From Lama glama (lineage: Eukaryota), in contig CM052817.1 of NCBI GenBank assembly GCA_028534125.1, forward strand, positions 72,418,001 through 72,482,000: DNA of 64,000 nt, written 5' to 3'. Positions 51,401 to 64,000 of this stretch are shown one piece after another. Under the pieces are notes generated by a model. It searched no databases. It had not been told where the DNA came from and was given only the letters and a program-made list of their open reading frames with translations. How positions within the stretch are numbered: the stretch's first letter is position 1; every line of letters starts with the position of its first letter. The translations under genes and the position numbers were made by a program.

Positions 51401-53435
51401 AACTTTTCCCTTTAAAAAAATACTGCAGATCATTTGGTTGCAAACTCTTAAAATACCCATGGTATATATTACATTTGTCAAATAATTGTAATCCTTTAAG
51501 ATTTACCATACAATTTCAAAAAGTTAATATTCCACTGTTTTGCAAAAATATTAAACCCAATTCTGATACATTAAAGTCAGCTTATGATTGCCTAGTGACT
51601 ACAGTTATTGCTATGATAGTAAGCTGAAAGCTCAGTAAAATAGTATTAGCTTAAATACAGTATCCTTGTAGAAAAGACAAGAGCTTATACATCAATATAC
51701 AGCACATTATAACAGTGACCCAAGAGTTTTATGAAGCAGTTTTTTGCAGAGTGTTTTATCAGTAGAAAACAGACTGTGCTCTCAATCCATTTAAAAATCT
51801 AGCTGGAAAGTTAAAACACAGAGCACACACAAAAGCAAAACAAAAACCACAAAAGCCAACTTGGCTCATGGTACACATGGAGAGGCAAGCTGAGGAAAAG
51901 TTTAGTAAAGTTTTCTGTTAGGAATAAATTTGGGGTGGAATTTTGCTAATTAATTGGAAAGGACAGAAGGAAGAATGGAAATGAGTAAAACAAGTCACAT
52001 GGGCGATCATGTCTAGATTTTCTCTAAAGAACTTCAACATATGTGGATCATGGAGATTCTGCAGCCTGAGCTGCGAGCAAACTTATGCCCCCAGTGTGTA
52101 CTTTTCTATTAGGAATTTGTGTTACACAATGTGAATCAAATCAGAATTTTAGAATTTCAAAGAAAGTATTTCTGATGTTCAGATTTTTTCAGCTTTTGTG
52201 GCCGTGTACTCTCTCTGCAAAGATGTGATGAAAACAGACAAAATAGATAAATTATTTAATTAGATATTCATAAATTTTAGGAAGTATCTTAGTATGAGAA
52301 AAAAATCCATAAAAGATGTAATGCTTAGCGAAACTCTGTAGATGACTTCAAGAGAGAGGGAGAGGGAAAGAAAGGAAGGAGAAGAGAGGAGCAGGAGAAA
52401 GAGTGAGAGAGGGAATAGCTAATAAATGAATGCATGATCATTAGGTGGGGAATGTTTCTATCACTCATAAATTAAGTCCCTAAATATTATATGAGGTATT
52501 TTAGTTGTATCCCCCCAAAAAATAAATTTACCTAAGACCTATTTGAAAAACTAATGCTTCTCTAATAGAATATCATGTCATGAGCCATTACTTACATGTA
52601 AAAAATATATTGCTAAGTTGAAAATGTCAGGGATTTTCATATAATGCTAAGAGACCATGTATTTCGAGCAGAAACAAGTTTTGCTAAATTGTAAGAGTCA
52701 GTCCAAGAAATAAACGTAAAGTATTGGGGCTAAAATATTAAAAAGAAATATTTAATTTTCCTTTTTTATTATGAGAGAAATTTTAAAAAGCTAAAATAAT
52801 TTGTATGAAAGTAGACAGATTCTTCATTTAGTGAAAATCTAGGAATAAAGGCAACATGTATGTAAACTGACCAGATGTTTATGATTAGTTTCTAGTTAAC
52901 CTTACCCAGCTGGCTAAGGATGATTTTTATGGAGGAGGAGCACTGCAGAATGCCACATGTTTCTATAAATCATGAGTACGGCAGCCATGGTCCTGGGGTA
53001 AAAGAGTTACATATCCCATTTGGGGTAACCTCTTCAAATCACACCATATAACATAAGAACAACCATCACTCCCCAACACAGTATCTGTTTCCAGTTTCCT
53101 CCAGCATTTTGATGGGTGTCATTATGTGTCAGCCTGCATTCTGTTTTCTTATGTTGTAACACATTGTATGGGGTTTTGTACCAGGTGAAGTCCATTACAA
53201 TATTTTGCATTAGTATCACGGGGTTGGGAAAATATACAGGACTGTCCTTTTACATACATTTTTGTCTTTGGTTATAGGTTGTTGACTTACTATTCAGGCC
53301 TTGATTTTTATAAAGCTCTGTATTTCAATTTTAATTTAAAAGACTCTCCTAAGTGTGACTTAACTAGAACTTCATTTTTTCATCCATTTCAAAAGATAAA
53401 ATGTATATTTGTACACCAAATATTTAAATTCAAAA

Positions 53436-53515
53436 AGGAAGGAAGGAAGGATGGAAGGAAGGTGATGGAGGGAGGGAGAGAGGAAGGGTAAGGAAGGAGA
53501 AAAGAAGACAAAGAA
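53436..53515. repeat. (GGAA)n-like purine-rich low-complexity tract
   Basis: Seen directly. Confidence 0.85.
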
Positions 53516-53721
53516 AAATGAGTGCCATTCTTTTTTACTGAAAAATAATAGAAAGATACTTTCAATTTATACTTTAATGGTAACCATGTTGAGTTTTCCA
53601 TTAATATTGTATCACAAGCATTTTACTATGTTGTTCAAAACCCTTTAAAATCACTTTAATAACTGTAAAATAGTTCACCCAATAAAGTAGGCTAAAACTA
53701 AGGAAAATTGAATAGAATATA

Positions 53722-53880
53722 CATTTTAGTTTATTGGTACATTAATTTTGATAAATGTACCACAGCAATGTAAAATATTAACAATAAGAGAAACTGGGTT
53801 CAGATTATACTGGAACTCTGTACCCTCGCTGCAACTTTTCAGCATATCTAAAACTCTAAAATGAAAAGTTTATTAAAAAC
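53722..53880 (+). mobile_element. L1MC-type 3' end
   Basis: attggtacattaattttgataaatgtaccac...ggaactctgtac...gcaacttttc...aaagtttattaaaaa. Confidence 0.75.
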
Positions 53881-54099
53881 TACTTGACTTTAAAAATCAG
53901 TTTAATTTTTTTCTAAAGCATTATTATGAGGATTGGGTACTAGTGTTTTTTAATCATTTCCTATTGGAATATTTCTTGAAGTGTACTTATAATATCAAAG
54001 TATGAATATTATGAATATATCCATTGATTGTTTTAGAGAAAAGTTACATAAATTTGCACTTAACCAACAGTACGTAAGAATTTCCTTTATTCTATATCT

Positions 54100-56130
54100 T
54101 TCCCCAAAAATTTATTATAAAAATTGTCAAACATACAACAAAGTTAAAAGAATTTTACAGTGAACACCACATATCCATCACCTAGATTCTCTCATTTTAC
54201 TGTATTTGTTATGACCAACCCTATTAATTTATATTTTAATAAATTTCAAATATATTGCAAACTTCTATTCACTTGTTGATAAATACTTCACCATATATAT
54301 CATTACTCAGAATTTAATATTTGTTTAAAGTATTTTCATATAAAGCTTACAATGAAATGCACAAATCTTAATCATGAGCGTTTGACAAGTGTATATACTA
54401 GGGTAATCAAAACCTCTCTCAAATATGGAGAATTGTCATCACTCTCAAAATTTTCCTTGTGCCCCTTCCCAGTCAATCCCCAATCCTACTTCCTCCCTGA
54501 ACCTGAGGCAATTACTGCTCTGATTTTTCCACCACAGATTAGTTTTGCTTGTTCTGGATCTTAATATAAATGAATTCATACAATATGTACTCTCTGTGTA
54601 GGACTTCTTTCACTTTGCATAGTACTTTGGAGTTTGGTCTATTCTGCGCTGTTAGTTTGTTCTTTTTTATTGATGAGTAAAATTTCATTGCATAAATATA
54701 CCACTCTGTCTTTATCCACTTTTCCAGTGATGAACAACTAGGCTATTTCCAGTTTGGGCTATTATAAACAAGGCCACTTTAATATTATTTATAATTATTT
54801 TGTAAATACAGGGTTCATCTGTCTTAGAGTGAAACTTTTGAGTCATAAAACAGGAGTAAATTTAGTTTTACAATTGACAGCACTTTGTCCAATGTGGTTG
54901 TATCATTTTACATTCACGCTAACAGTGTATAAGACTTCTAGTTGTTTCACATCCTCACAAATATTTTGTATTATCAGATCTTAAATGATAGCCATTGTGG
55001 TTGGGCATGTAATGGTATCTCACTGTGGTAATAATTTGCATTTTCCTAATGACTAATGGTGTTGAACACATTTTCATATCCTTTGTGACTATTGATAAAT
55101 CTGTTTTGTGAATACTATTATAAAATATTTTGTCCATGTTTAATTGGGCTATTTGAAATTTTTATTTTTGACTATTAGAAATTCATTATGTCTTGGATAT
55201 CAGTCCTTTGTCAGATATATATTTTGAGAATATTTTCTCTCCATCTAAAGCTAGTCTACTCAATTTTTTTTTTAAATGGAGGCACTGGGGATTGAACCCA
55301 GGACCACTTGCATGCTAAGCACACACTCTATATTGAGCTATTACCACCCATCCCCTTAAATTTTTTCATAGTGACTTTAGATGAGCTGAAGCGCTTCATT
55401 TTTGTGAAGACTAAGATACCGATTTTTCTTTTCTCTTTACTGCTTTCCATACGCTAAGAAAACTTTGCTTACAAACAGATGACAAAAATATTCTCTTATA
55501 TTTTCCTCCAAAAGTTTTAAACTTTGAATTTTTAAGTTTAAGTCTATAATCATCACAAGTGTCTTTTTCATATGTAGTAAAGTAAGGATTGACAGAGTTT
55601 TTTCTACATATTCTTTTCCTCTATTTTCTTCTTTTCTATTCCTTTTCTATCTTCTTGAGGTTTCACTCAGGCCTTTTAGACTTTCTTATTTACTAATAAA
55701 CAAACCTAGAGCTTTCAATTTTCCTGTAAGTACCGCTTTAGCTGCACAAATTTTGACTGATTGAATTTTTATTAGTCATTTTATAATATTTCCTAACTTT
55801 CTTTTTGATCCTTAGATGGTTTGGAAGTTTTCTGTTTAACTCCTAAATATTTAGTATTTCCTTGATATTTTATTGTTACTTATTTGTCATTTTATTCCAT
55901 TGTGGCCAGATACTATACTCTGTATGATTTCATTATAAATTTATTGAGATTTGTTTTCTGGCCAAATGTACGATCTTTCTTACTTGCTGAATGCTTGGAA
56001 TTCATTTGAATTCCAATTGAAAAGAGTGTGTATTCTAGGTGTAGTGATCTACAAATATAAATGATCTAGGTGATTGATAGTATTTTCCTGATCTTCTATG
56101 TATTTACTGAATAATTTCCTGAATAACTGG
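54100..56130 (-). mobile_element. Old L1ME-type 3' UTR/ORF2 fragments
   Basis: ORF 54955-55137 (-) MKMCSTPLVIRKMQIITTVRYH is L1 ORF2 C-terminal-like; antisense 3' UTR at 54340-54800. Confidence 0.8.
55264..55355 (-). mobile_element. tRNA-Ala-derived SINE (Vic-1-like, short form)
   Basis: Poly-T then tggaggcactggggattgaacccaggaccacttgcatgctaagcacacactctatattgagcta (antisense B and A boxes). Confidence 0.88.
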
Positions 56131-57354
56131 TTTGAATTTCTTTTTGGACAAATAACCCTAAACTTCTGAGGCAAAGAAAGTAACTGAATTGTCAATGACC
56201 TAAGAAAATATAACTGATTTATATATAGAGTTTCAAAAGTAGGACTAATACTAGTGTCTCAGAAATATGCCAGTGTGTATGTGATGGTTACAAAGACTCC
56301 CTTGGAGAAATGTGTGTGAAGACAAGGAGTCAAAAACTTTTAAATACTTGTGACAGTTTGGGGACTTTGAGCCAGAGAATGGACAAAATGGTTTCTCAAT
56401 CATCATTATGAAGTGAGTAACATAGCAAAAGTTTTCAGAAAAGTATAATATGAGAATAGCATGAAAAAAAAAAAAAAAGGAGAGAGAACACCTAGTCATT
56501 GGCACTGAAAAGAGCTGTTAAATGCAAAGGAAGCCTAATTCCTAACTGGAGCAGTTTCACATATTTTCCCACGAAGTAAACCCAACATCCCTATATGGAG
56601 TCACTAAGATTTGCGATGTCTCATTATACTCCCCTTTAGTGGTCTCCATTTGAAGGAAGAGAAACTGCAAAATCACAGAGATGTGGTTCTCCTACTAAAA
56701 ATGAGCTCTTGGAAAATATCCGTAACTCACAAAACTGGTGCCAAAGCACTAGTTTAAATTAATTTCTGCCAACACTCCCTGCCATTACAGTGTTTAACTT
56801 CCTTTTCTACTGCATCAGCACCACTCTCATTCCATTTAATAACCTCAGATTCTTCCTTAAAACCTAATTATATAGCACAATCCGCAACAGGCCTATGAAT
56901 CAATAGAGATCATTTGTCACTTTTCCTAAAGAAATACCTACAGGGCTAATTTTACATTAAGTAGCTGACTTTTTTCTTTTGAATTTTAGAAGGGAGAATT
57001 CTCTCTATTGAGAGTGGTAAAACTATAGGCACAGCATCGATTTCTATCAAACTCTAATGCACTAAATATGAGTATACTGTCTATATTGTGATAAAAGGGA
57101 TTAGAACAAACTTTGATCCAGTAAAGAAAAGAATGTTACGTTCTGATGCTTTCAGAATTTGAACTTAAGTAGTTGAGATCTATTTCCTTGCAATCTATTT
57201 CATGTATTAATAAAAAATGTAATCCCTTGAGTTATAAACCTATTCCTGATTATTGTCCAAACAGTAAATAAACATGATATACTAGAAAAAATTCTCATTC
57301 TTTTATCAAAAAATGGCAAGGTGACTAGGTAGAGGAGGTTCTAGGTACAATAAA

Positions 57355-58375
57355 AATCCAGTCCTCACTTTGTATGGTGCCAGCATGCATGAATTTCAGT
57401 CACCACAGTTTAGTGAAATAATACCAGTTCTTCTATGACACAGTACAAATTTCAGTTACCACAGTGCATTAACTGAGAATAACTGTAAAAAGTATAAATT
57501 TCACTGCTAGCTCTTCAGTTCACAACTCACTATATAATAACAGATGCCCATGATGGTCAAAAACTGAGCACGTCACTTCTTTTCAAGTCTGCCAAGGCTT
57601 GGTCACTGTGTATCTGTTTTTACTTCATACGCAGACAGCAAAGTGCATGACTATGCTGTCTCCTTGCCTCTCAGTGACAAACCCACATGCCATTTTACAA
57701 AACTTGGTAATTAAAAGGAGGAACTGACTAATAAAGATGAAAGTACAGCAAAGAAACAAAAAATGATAATGCTGGAAGTGGAAGTTGAATCAAATATAAA
57801 TGGAGCTAAAGAAGAAACAGCTGACTGCATGGATGCTGACATTGCTGTACTCAAGAGACTCCCAACGTGGAGCCAAAGGAACTGAGTAAAGACTAATCTA
57901 TTGACATAAATAAGAAATGTGGTTGTGATGACAACATCCCAGAAGAAATGCTGCTGGCAAAAAGCTTCACATGAATGCAAGTCTCAGAGCTATTTCATGG
58001 CACTGAAAGTACAAAAGATAAAATGTTGGAAACTGACCCAAACTTAGAAAGGAGTATGACAGTTCACCAAGGCATAGAAAAGTTGCTCGGTCCAAACAGT
58101 AAGTTATACAATGAAAAGGCAAGCAGTGTTCAATGTATTCTTGGCAGGTTTTTTTTTTTAAACAGAGATATAAAACATTCTCATTTATTCTAATGTTTTG
58201 AATTTCAGGATACTAAACAAATGTTAGTTTACTATTTTTATTTCCCTGTACATTTTTGTAAATGACAGCAAAATAATTCAATGTTTTCACAAAATTTTTA
58301 AAGATATGGAGCAATTTTAATTTTTTCTTATTGATTATTAAAAATCATTTTACTAGGTTTTTGTACAATGTTTGG
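57355..58375 (+). mobile_element. Tigger6a-like TcMar-Tigger DNA transposon (internally deleted)
   Basis: cagtcctcactttgtatgg...tgcatgaatttcagtcaccac, repeated aatttcagttaccac; transposase remnants KDESTAKKQKMIMLEV and ELFHGTESTKDKMLETDPNLERSMTVHQGIEKLL (ORF 57975-58193). Confidence 0.88.
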
Positions 58376-59629
58376 TGGTTAGCGCTACACTAGGAACCCC
58401 CCAGTGCCAATCTGTCTAGTTACTGTCTCTTAGGAGCTCCACTCCTTCAGAGAAGAATATTCTCATTTTTTGCCTGGATACTGTCCTGGGAACAAGGCAA
58501 GGAGAGAACAGACTGGAGATTCTGATTAGTCAGGATTCAAGCTTTCATCTAATCCCTTGGTGTCAGCTCTGTGCCTCACCCCGACCTTCAGCTATACCTG
58601 TGACCCATATTCTCAATGAATAAACATCTGGCTTGCTGTGTGTGGGTGTGTGAGTAGGTCAATATGGGTGGGTAGCAGGTTGGGAAAGGGAAACTAAAGG
58701 CCCATTGTGCTGTCTACAGACTTTAACCTGATTGCTTATTTCTAGTTCAATGCTTATTTCTAGTCACAGACATCACTTAGATTGGAACTCCCTTTGCTCT
58801 CAAGAGTCAATTGCAATTCTTGCATCCTCTTTACAATTTCACAAAATTTCTTAAAGTTTATGTTATATTCTACCATTCCCTTGCTCTGGATAGTTAACAG
58901 AGTTTTTTCCTATTTTGGTGGGTTTGGGTGATGTTTTAGGAGGAAAAAAATGATAAACACATATGTTCAATCCATATCTTTCAGCATATTTTGTAGGGGA
59001 GAAGTGAAGACAACACAATCCAACAAGAGCAAAATTACTTCCATCCTCAGGCCGAAGAAGAGTTGAGAAAATTAGGTCTAACAATTGCACTTGAGAACAT
59101 TATATTACAAATCAGTTAGTACTAAGTATGGGGCTTTTATTTATTCCTGATGTATTTCACAGTATTTCTTCTGTAATTTTGACTATGAACTGAACTGGCC
59201 TCACATTTAATCCAGGAAAAGTGGGGAAGGTTTAAGCATTAGCTGATGTAAAAAATTTTTTTAAAAATGATAAAATTATGCTTTATTTTACTCATTATGG
59301 GCAGATTAAATTATATTTATTTAAATATGCTGTATTTTGAAAGTTTTTATTTTCTGAAACTATAAAGGAATATTGGCATTTGCTATATAATGTCCTGCAT
59401 GTAAGAAATAGACTTTTATTTAATGCAATATTATATTTATATATGGATAATTGTTTTTTTAAATTATGATAATTGAAATATTTTGAACCCAATGAAATTT
59501 TGTAAGTTTTAAGAGATTATACATTTTAATTTTTATAATTAATGGAAGTCAATTTTCATATGCTTTAATGTTTCTGAATGAAATAAACAATGTACCAACT
59601 GTACCCAACAATAATTCAGTCTGAATCAC

Positions 59630-59770
59630 AGGACTCAGATCTGTGGATCTGTCAGAGAGCTAAGGAGGTCATCTGACCTACATAGCAGATTTCTTTTTAG
59701 TGAAGTAAAATAGTATTTTATGTCCATTTTACAGGTGAGGTGACTGATCCTCATGATATGGTTTCTGCCT
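59630..59770 (-). mobile_element. MIR/MIR3 fragment
   Basis: gaggtcatctgacc...ccattttacaggtgaggtgactga. Confidence 0.55.
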
Positions 59771-62700
59771 TTACTAAGATAGGAAACTTTCTCCTGCTCC
59801 CCTAGACCAGTGCTTGTAAATTTAGAAGGGAAACCCTATTACCAATAGAACTAGGGGCAATATTCTCAAATAAAATAATTACAAGTCAGGCAATATTGTT
59901 AAAGTCCCTCAGAACAAGACAGTCTGGACTACTGTTTGTTCCCAGTGCCTGAATCAGCCTTCCCACATCCCCACCCCAGTAAAACTACTCCCAGGTTAAT
60001 TACTCCTCCTTTACATCTCTTCACTCTTCCTCCCAAGAGCCCAGGCAGTGGGAGAACTACCTTCCCTTTCCTTCCTACTGTGTAACTCATAGAGCCACAG
60101 ACAGTGTATGGTATTTCAATTGCTGGTGTTCAAAGATGTGGGCAAATACCAACTGGTCTGGAATTGAGATACCACAATCATTACACCTTTCGTTTAAAGC
60201 ACACTTTAACCTAGCTGCCATGAGGCAAAAGGTTAATGCATCAACCTACTGCCAAGTGTAGCCCCCTTGCCCTATGGTCTTGGTTTTTTGCCCCAGCCTG
60301 GTACCTATTTCGATATATTTCACAGCTAGTAGGTAAATATGACATTCAGATTTGATTCTCAAGAGCCCTGAAAGTTACTGAGATAGTAGTATCTCAAATA
60401 ATAGGTGTTAAGGACATTTTCCTTTTTGAGACTTATCTTTTAAAAATTCTTTTTTTCCCTACCTGTAATAAAGTCAGAAAATGTTGCTTTTGGTATATTT
60501 AGGTAGGTAGAAACAAATGATGTATCAATTATGTTTAAACTTTCCTTTTGTAAAATTATTTAAATATTTACATCTCATAGACAAAATATTTATTATGATA
60601 ATAAATATGTGTTTGATGAGGGTGGGGAAATAGAAATAAAATGACCTCAGGAATGGAAATTACATAGTCAGTCTTCATGTAATTTTAGTATATGGTACAC
60701 CATATGTTCTTACAGGTCCATTTAACATAATTACATGTTCTTAATCTTGTGTTTTTGTTGTCATATATTTTATCTATTGAATTTTCTTATTCATATACCT
60801 ATACTTAATATATTAACTCAGAAATATAAGTATTGTTATAACCAGTAATATGCCCATACTTGGAAAACCAAAACAGGAAGAAAATACGAATTAACGTAAG
60901 ACCAATGTAATTTCTGGTGAAATGACATGAAACTAAAGCAAACAGTGTGACTTCATCTGCTAATTGACTAGTTAAATCCATACTTATGAGAAAGGTTTAC
61001 CAAATGTGCATTTAAACCAGCAGGAGATGTTTCTACCATGATAATAATGCCGTCATTCTTATTCTTTCAGATTGCTGGGAAAACGAGGGGCTACTTTTCC
61101 TTCCCAGGGTGTGGCAAGCTGTAAAGCTTTAAGCTGATTAAAAACAAAAACCTCTTTGAAATCTAGGGATCTTGTCTTCAACAAGCATGGTGCTAATATT
61201 TCTCCGTAGTGAGACAATCTTGGATGTAAGAAAACAGGAGATTTTTAACACTGCTATTGTTTTCTTACTTTACACTCCTGTTATTTTTTAATTGTTTAAA
61301 GTTTACAGTTAAACCTTAAAAGTTCAGTTTCTTCCTACTTTTTCTTTTTTATTCTTTTTAAATCAGTGAATTGGTGGTGAACGATCCAAGTCTTATACCT
61401 GTTCACTCATTTCTTTTCTTTTAGTTTCGAGCTTGTGAGGAAATTGAGAGCCCAAACAACCTCTACACTAATTATGTTCTCCTGAGCATGATATGGAATC
61501 ACCCTGTAGTGTTTTACCAAGAATGAGGCTAGTTACCTGCGAGAATACTCACTATAGTATGTAATGCTTTAATTTATGAATTGCTCACTGAATTTTCTGT
61601 AAATTTTTTTAAAATACTGAAGGCTATTTATGAAATGATGACAAAGGGAGAAATAAAAGGGAATGAAAGAAAGAAGCAACCAAAAGAGAACACATTTCTA
61701 TCCAATAATTACTTAGTTTCATGTGGTATGAATTTTGATGAGATAAACAGACGAACGTAAGGGATACAAAAACTTTTAGATAAACTTTTTCGGTGTTGAG
61801 AGAGCGAGCAAGAGAGAGAGAGAAACGGTATGCAAGATAAAAATATGAATTCACTTAATCATTTATGTATTCCTCACCTTGTTCCACAAATCATTTCAGA
61901 CAGATATACTTAGAGCTGGATACGGAAAACTTTAAACAGGGGTTTTGTTTTCTTTTTCCTTATCATTGCATGGGATCGATTAGGAAATACCAGTCAATAT
62001 GTTCAATATCAGCGGAAGGATATGTCTCACAAATGTCTTAAACGTCGCACCAAACACCATCACTGAACAGGAAATGAATGCTTTGGTTGAGCAGGTCCAG
62101 AGGAAAATAGTATAAATTATACACTTGCACATCAATTACAAGCAGTTAGAGGTTATTTGTTTAAATGGCTTCCATACCACTAGGTTCTGAATGATGGGGG
62201 TTGTTTGGGTTTATCAATGATTCTCAATCACCTGCCCTTAATTACAGACTGCTTTCCAAACCTATAGTTAGGAGTATTAAAGTGAATGTTCCTGTCATCT
62301 GAATCAGGGTGTGGAGCTGTTTGGGTCACCAGGTTAAAAGGGAATCCCTCTATACAGATCCCAGGGACTGATGCTGGTGATCACTTTCTCTACTTACTAC
62401 TGTTGTACTGAGTTAAGTCAGGACATACTGCATAGCTCTTCATGGAATGGCTGAAGTTAACTTAAAGTAACTTAAACTACTCCTATTCAATGGTAGAAGT
62501 AAAACTGGCCTTATTGCCCTTGACCTTTCCTGAATCACTTTTCTGGATTAATATTGTTATGGGCATCACATCTGGAATTAAACAACTCAATTTACTATGA
62601 TAACTTTTGAAAGATTTGATTAATCTAAGAACATAAAACATAAAACAGTTCTTATTTCTCGAGAATCAGAAACATAAAGTGTGTCACACTGCTGAGGAAA

Positions 62701-64000
62701 ATTCTTGTCTAGGATTTCCAGGACTTATCATCAGAGATTTAAGAAGAGAAAATATGTGATAGTGAGTTGATACAGGAATGTGAAATGATTTGGAAGATGT
62801 GTCTTGATTTGTAGGGAAATCCAGATACTATATAGACCACAAAGCTATGCCTGACCCCACCCAAGAGACATTGAAAACTTCTTGCTTCTTAAAAAATTGG
62901 AAACTAGCTAGAGTGCGTGTGTGTATTTGAAACTTGGTTGTATAGCACCTGTAATTAAATAATATTTCTTTTGACTCCTGTGATTCTGTTTCTTATACTC
63001 ATGGAATCAATGTGTGATATAAGGAAACCACTCATCAACAATTTTTTTTAACAGAGTGAATAAATGTATCCAGTAATCTCATGTCTTTATCTTGCCACTA
63101 CTGAAATGCTTTAGGACTTTTATTCATAAACACAAGGAGATTAAAATCACAGGATGTCATACATATATTTTATTAAAATACCAAAATTAAATCCATTCAA
63201 CAGTTAAATGTAATTCTATTGATATTTTGTGTGATAATCATTGTTTCTAAATCTGTTTCAAATTATCAACAAGTCTCACTGAAATTGTGCTCTAGAGGAC
63301 ACGCCGGGAGCATGCAGCACCACAGTGTAGAAGTGGATGATTTCATGAGAACTAAATGAAAATCTATGTGGAAAAGCAGACTTTTCCCTGACAGTAAGTG
63401 GAAATAACAAGATAATATTGTAATTGCATTTAACATAAACACTGTCTCAAGGCAATTCTTTCGGAGATTACTAAACCTTAATATTCAATTTTAATTCTGA
63501 AAATTTAGAACCACTAAATGCAATGGGATGGGTAATTCACTCCTAACATTTTTCCTACTTCCTTTTTTCATAACATATTTGGAAAAAAAATAGACACAGA
63601 TAAAAATTCTAAAAATTTTTCCAAGTAAAGCAATTGCTCAAGTAAAATATGCCATTGAGAAGACAAAATGAAAAAATGAAAGTTCCCAGGTATTCTGTAA
63701 AGTTTCTTTTCACACATTTAACAGTATGCCAGATAAAGAAGAACATATTTATAAAATATTGAAAAGTAAGAAAAATATCATGAAACCTTAATAAATACTG
63801 TACATAATATTACTTTTCTTTTCCAGGTTGAAAATCTGCTAGATTTCCTCCAGTAAATATTTGTCATCTATTTGACATGTTTACATGTTAATTACATCCA
63901 ATTCAACAGTGTATTTTTGAGCACAGGGAAATTTTCTATTGGAAACTTTGGGTGATAGAAAAGTGAACAACTTTCAGAAAGACTATACCTTAGGTATTCC

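Noticed and set aside
57711..58193. Possible domesticated Tigger transposase
   Set aside because: Internally deleted Tigger6a-like copy with frameshifts; no DDE catalytic domain and no long ORF.

Overview
Non-coding mammalian DNA. Two tRNA-Ala-derived Vic-1-like SINEs and cetartiodactyl-type L1 3' ends point to a camelid (camel or alpaca). I find no protein-coding gene, genuine RNA gene or CRISPR array. The ORF track is made of chance ORFs, repeat-derived fragments and read-through of a 500-N assembly gap (35540-36039). The window looks like a gene-desert or regulatory landscape. Main points: (1) a ~1.2 kb repeat-free, TALE/POU-motif-dense enhancer-like block at ~2100-3330, which from memory resembles the ultraconserved element just downstream of LMO4 (unverified); (2) an old ERVL-MaLR (MLT1M-like) provirus remnant that still shows ERV-L RT and RNase H protein homology; (3) two very old L2-clade RT C-terminal fragments (31370-31690 and 44150-44492) of the type familiar from non-mammalian amniotes, the second well enough preserved to suggest exaptation; (4) a nested repeat stack at 11.3-17.2 kb that includes a twin-primed inverted L1; (5) MER20, MER3/MER58, Tigger6a, many L2/MIR/L1 fragments and microsatellites. 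Repeat subfamily names come from recalled consensus sequences, not a database search, and boundaries of old repeats are approximate. I cannot support a claim of a new multi-gene system; the best leads are regulatory or exapted elements.
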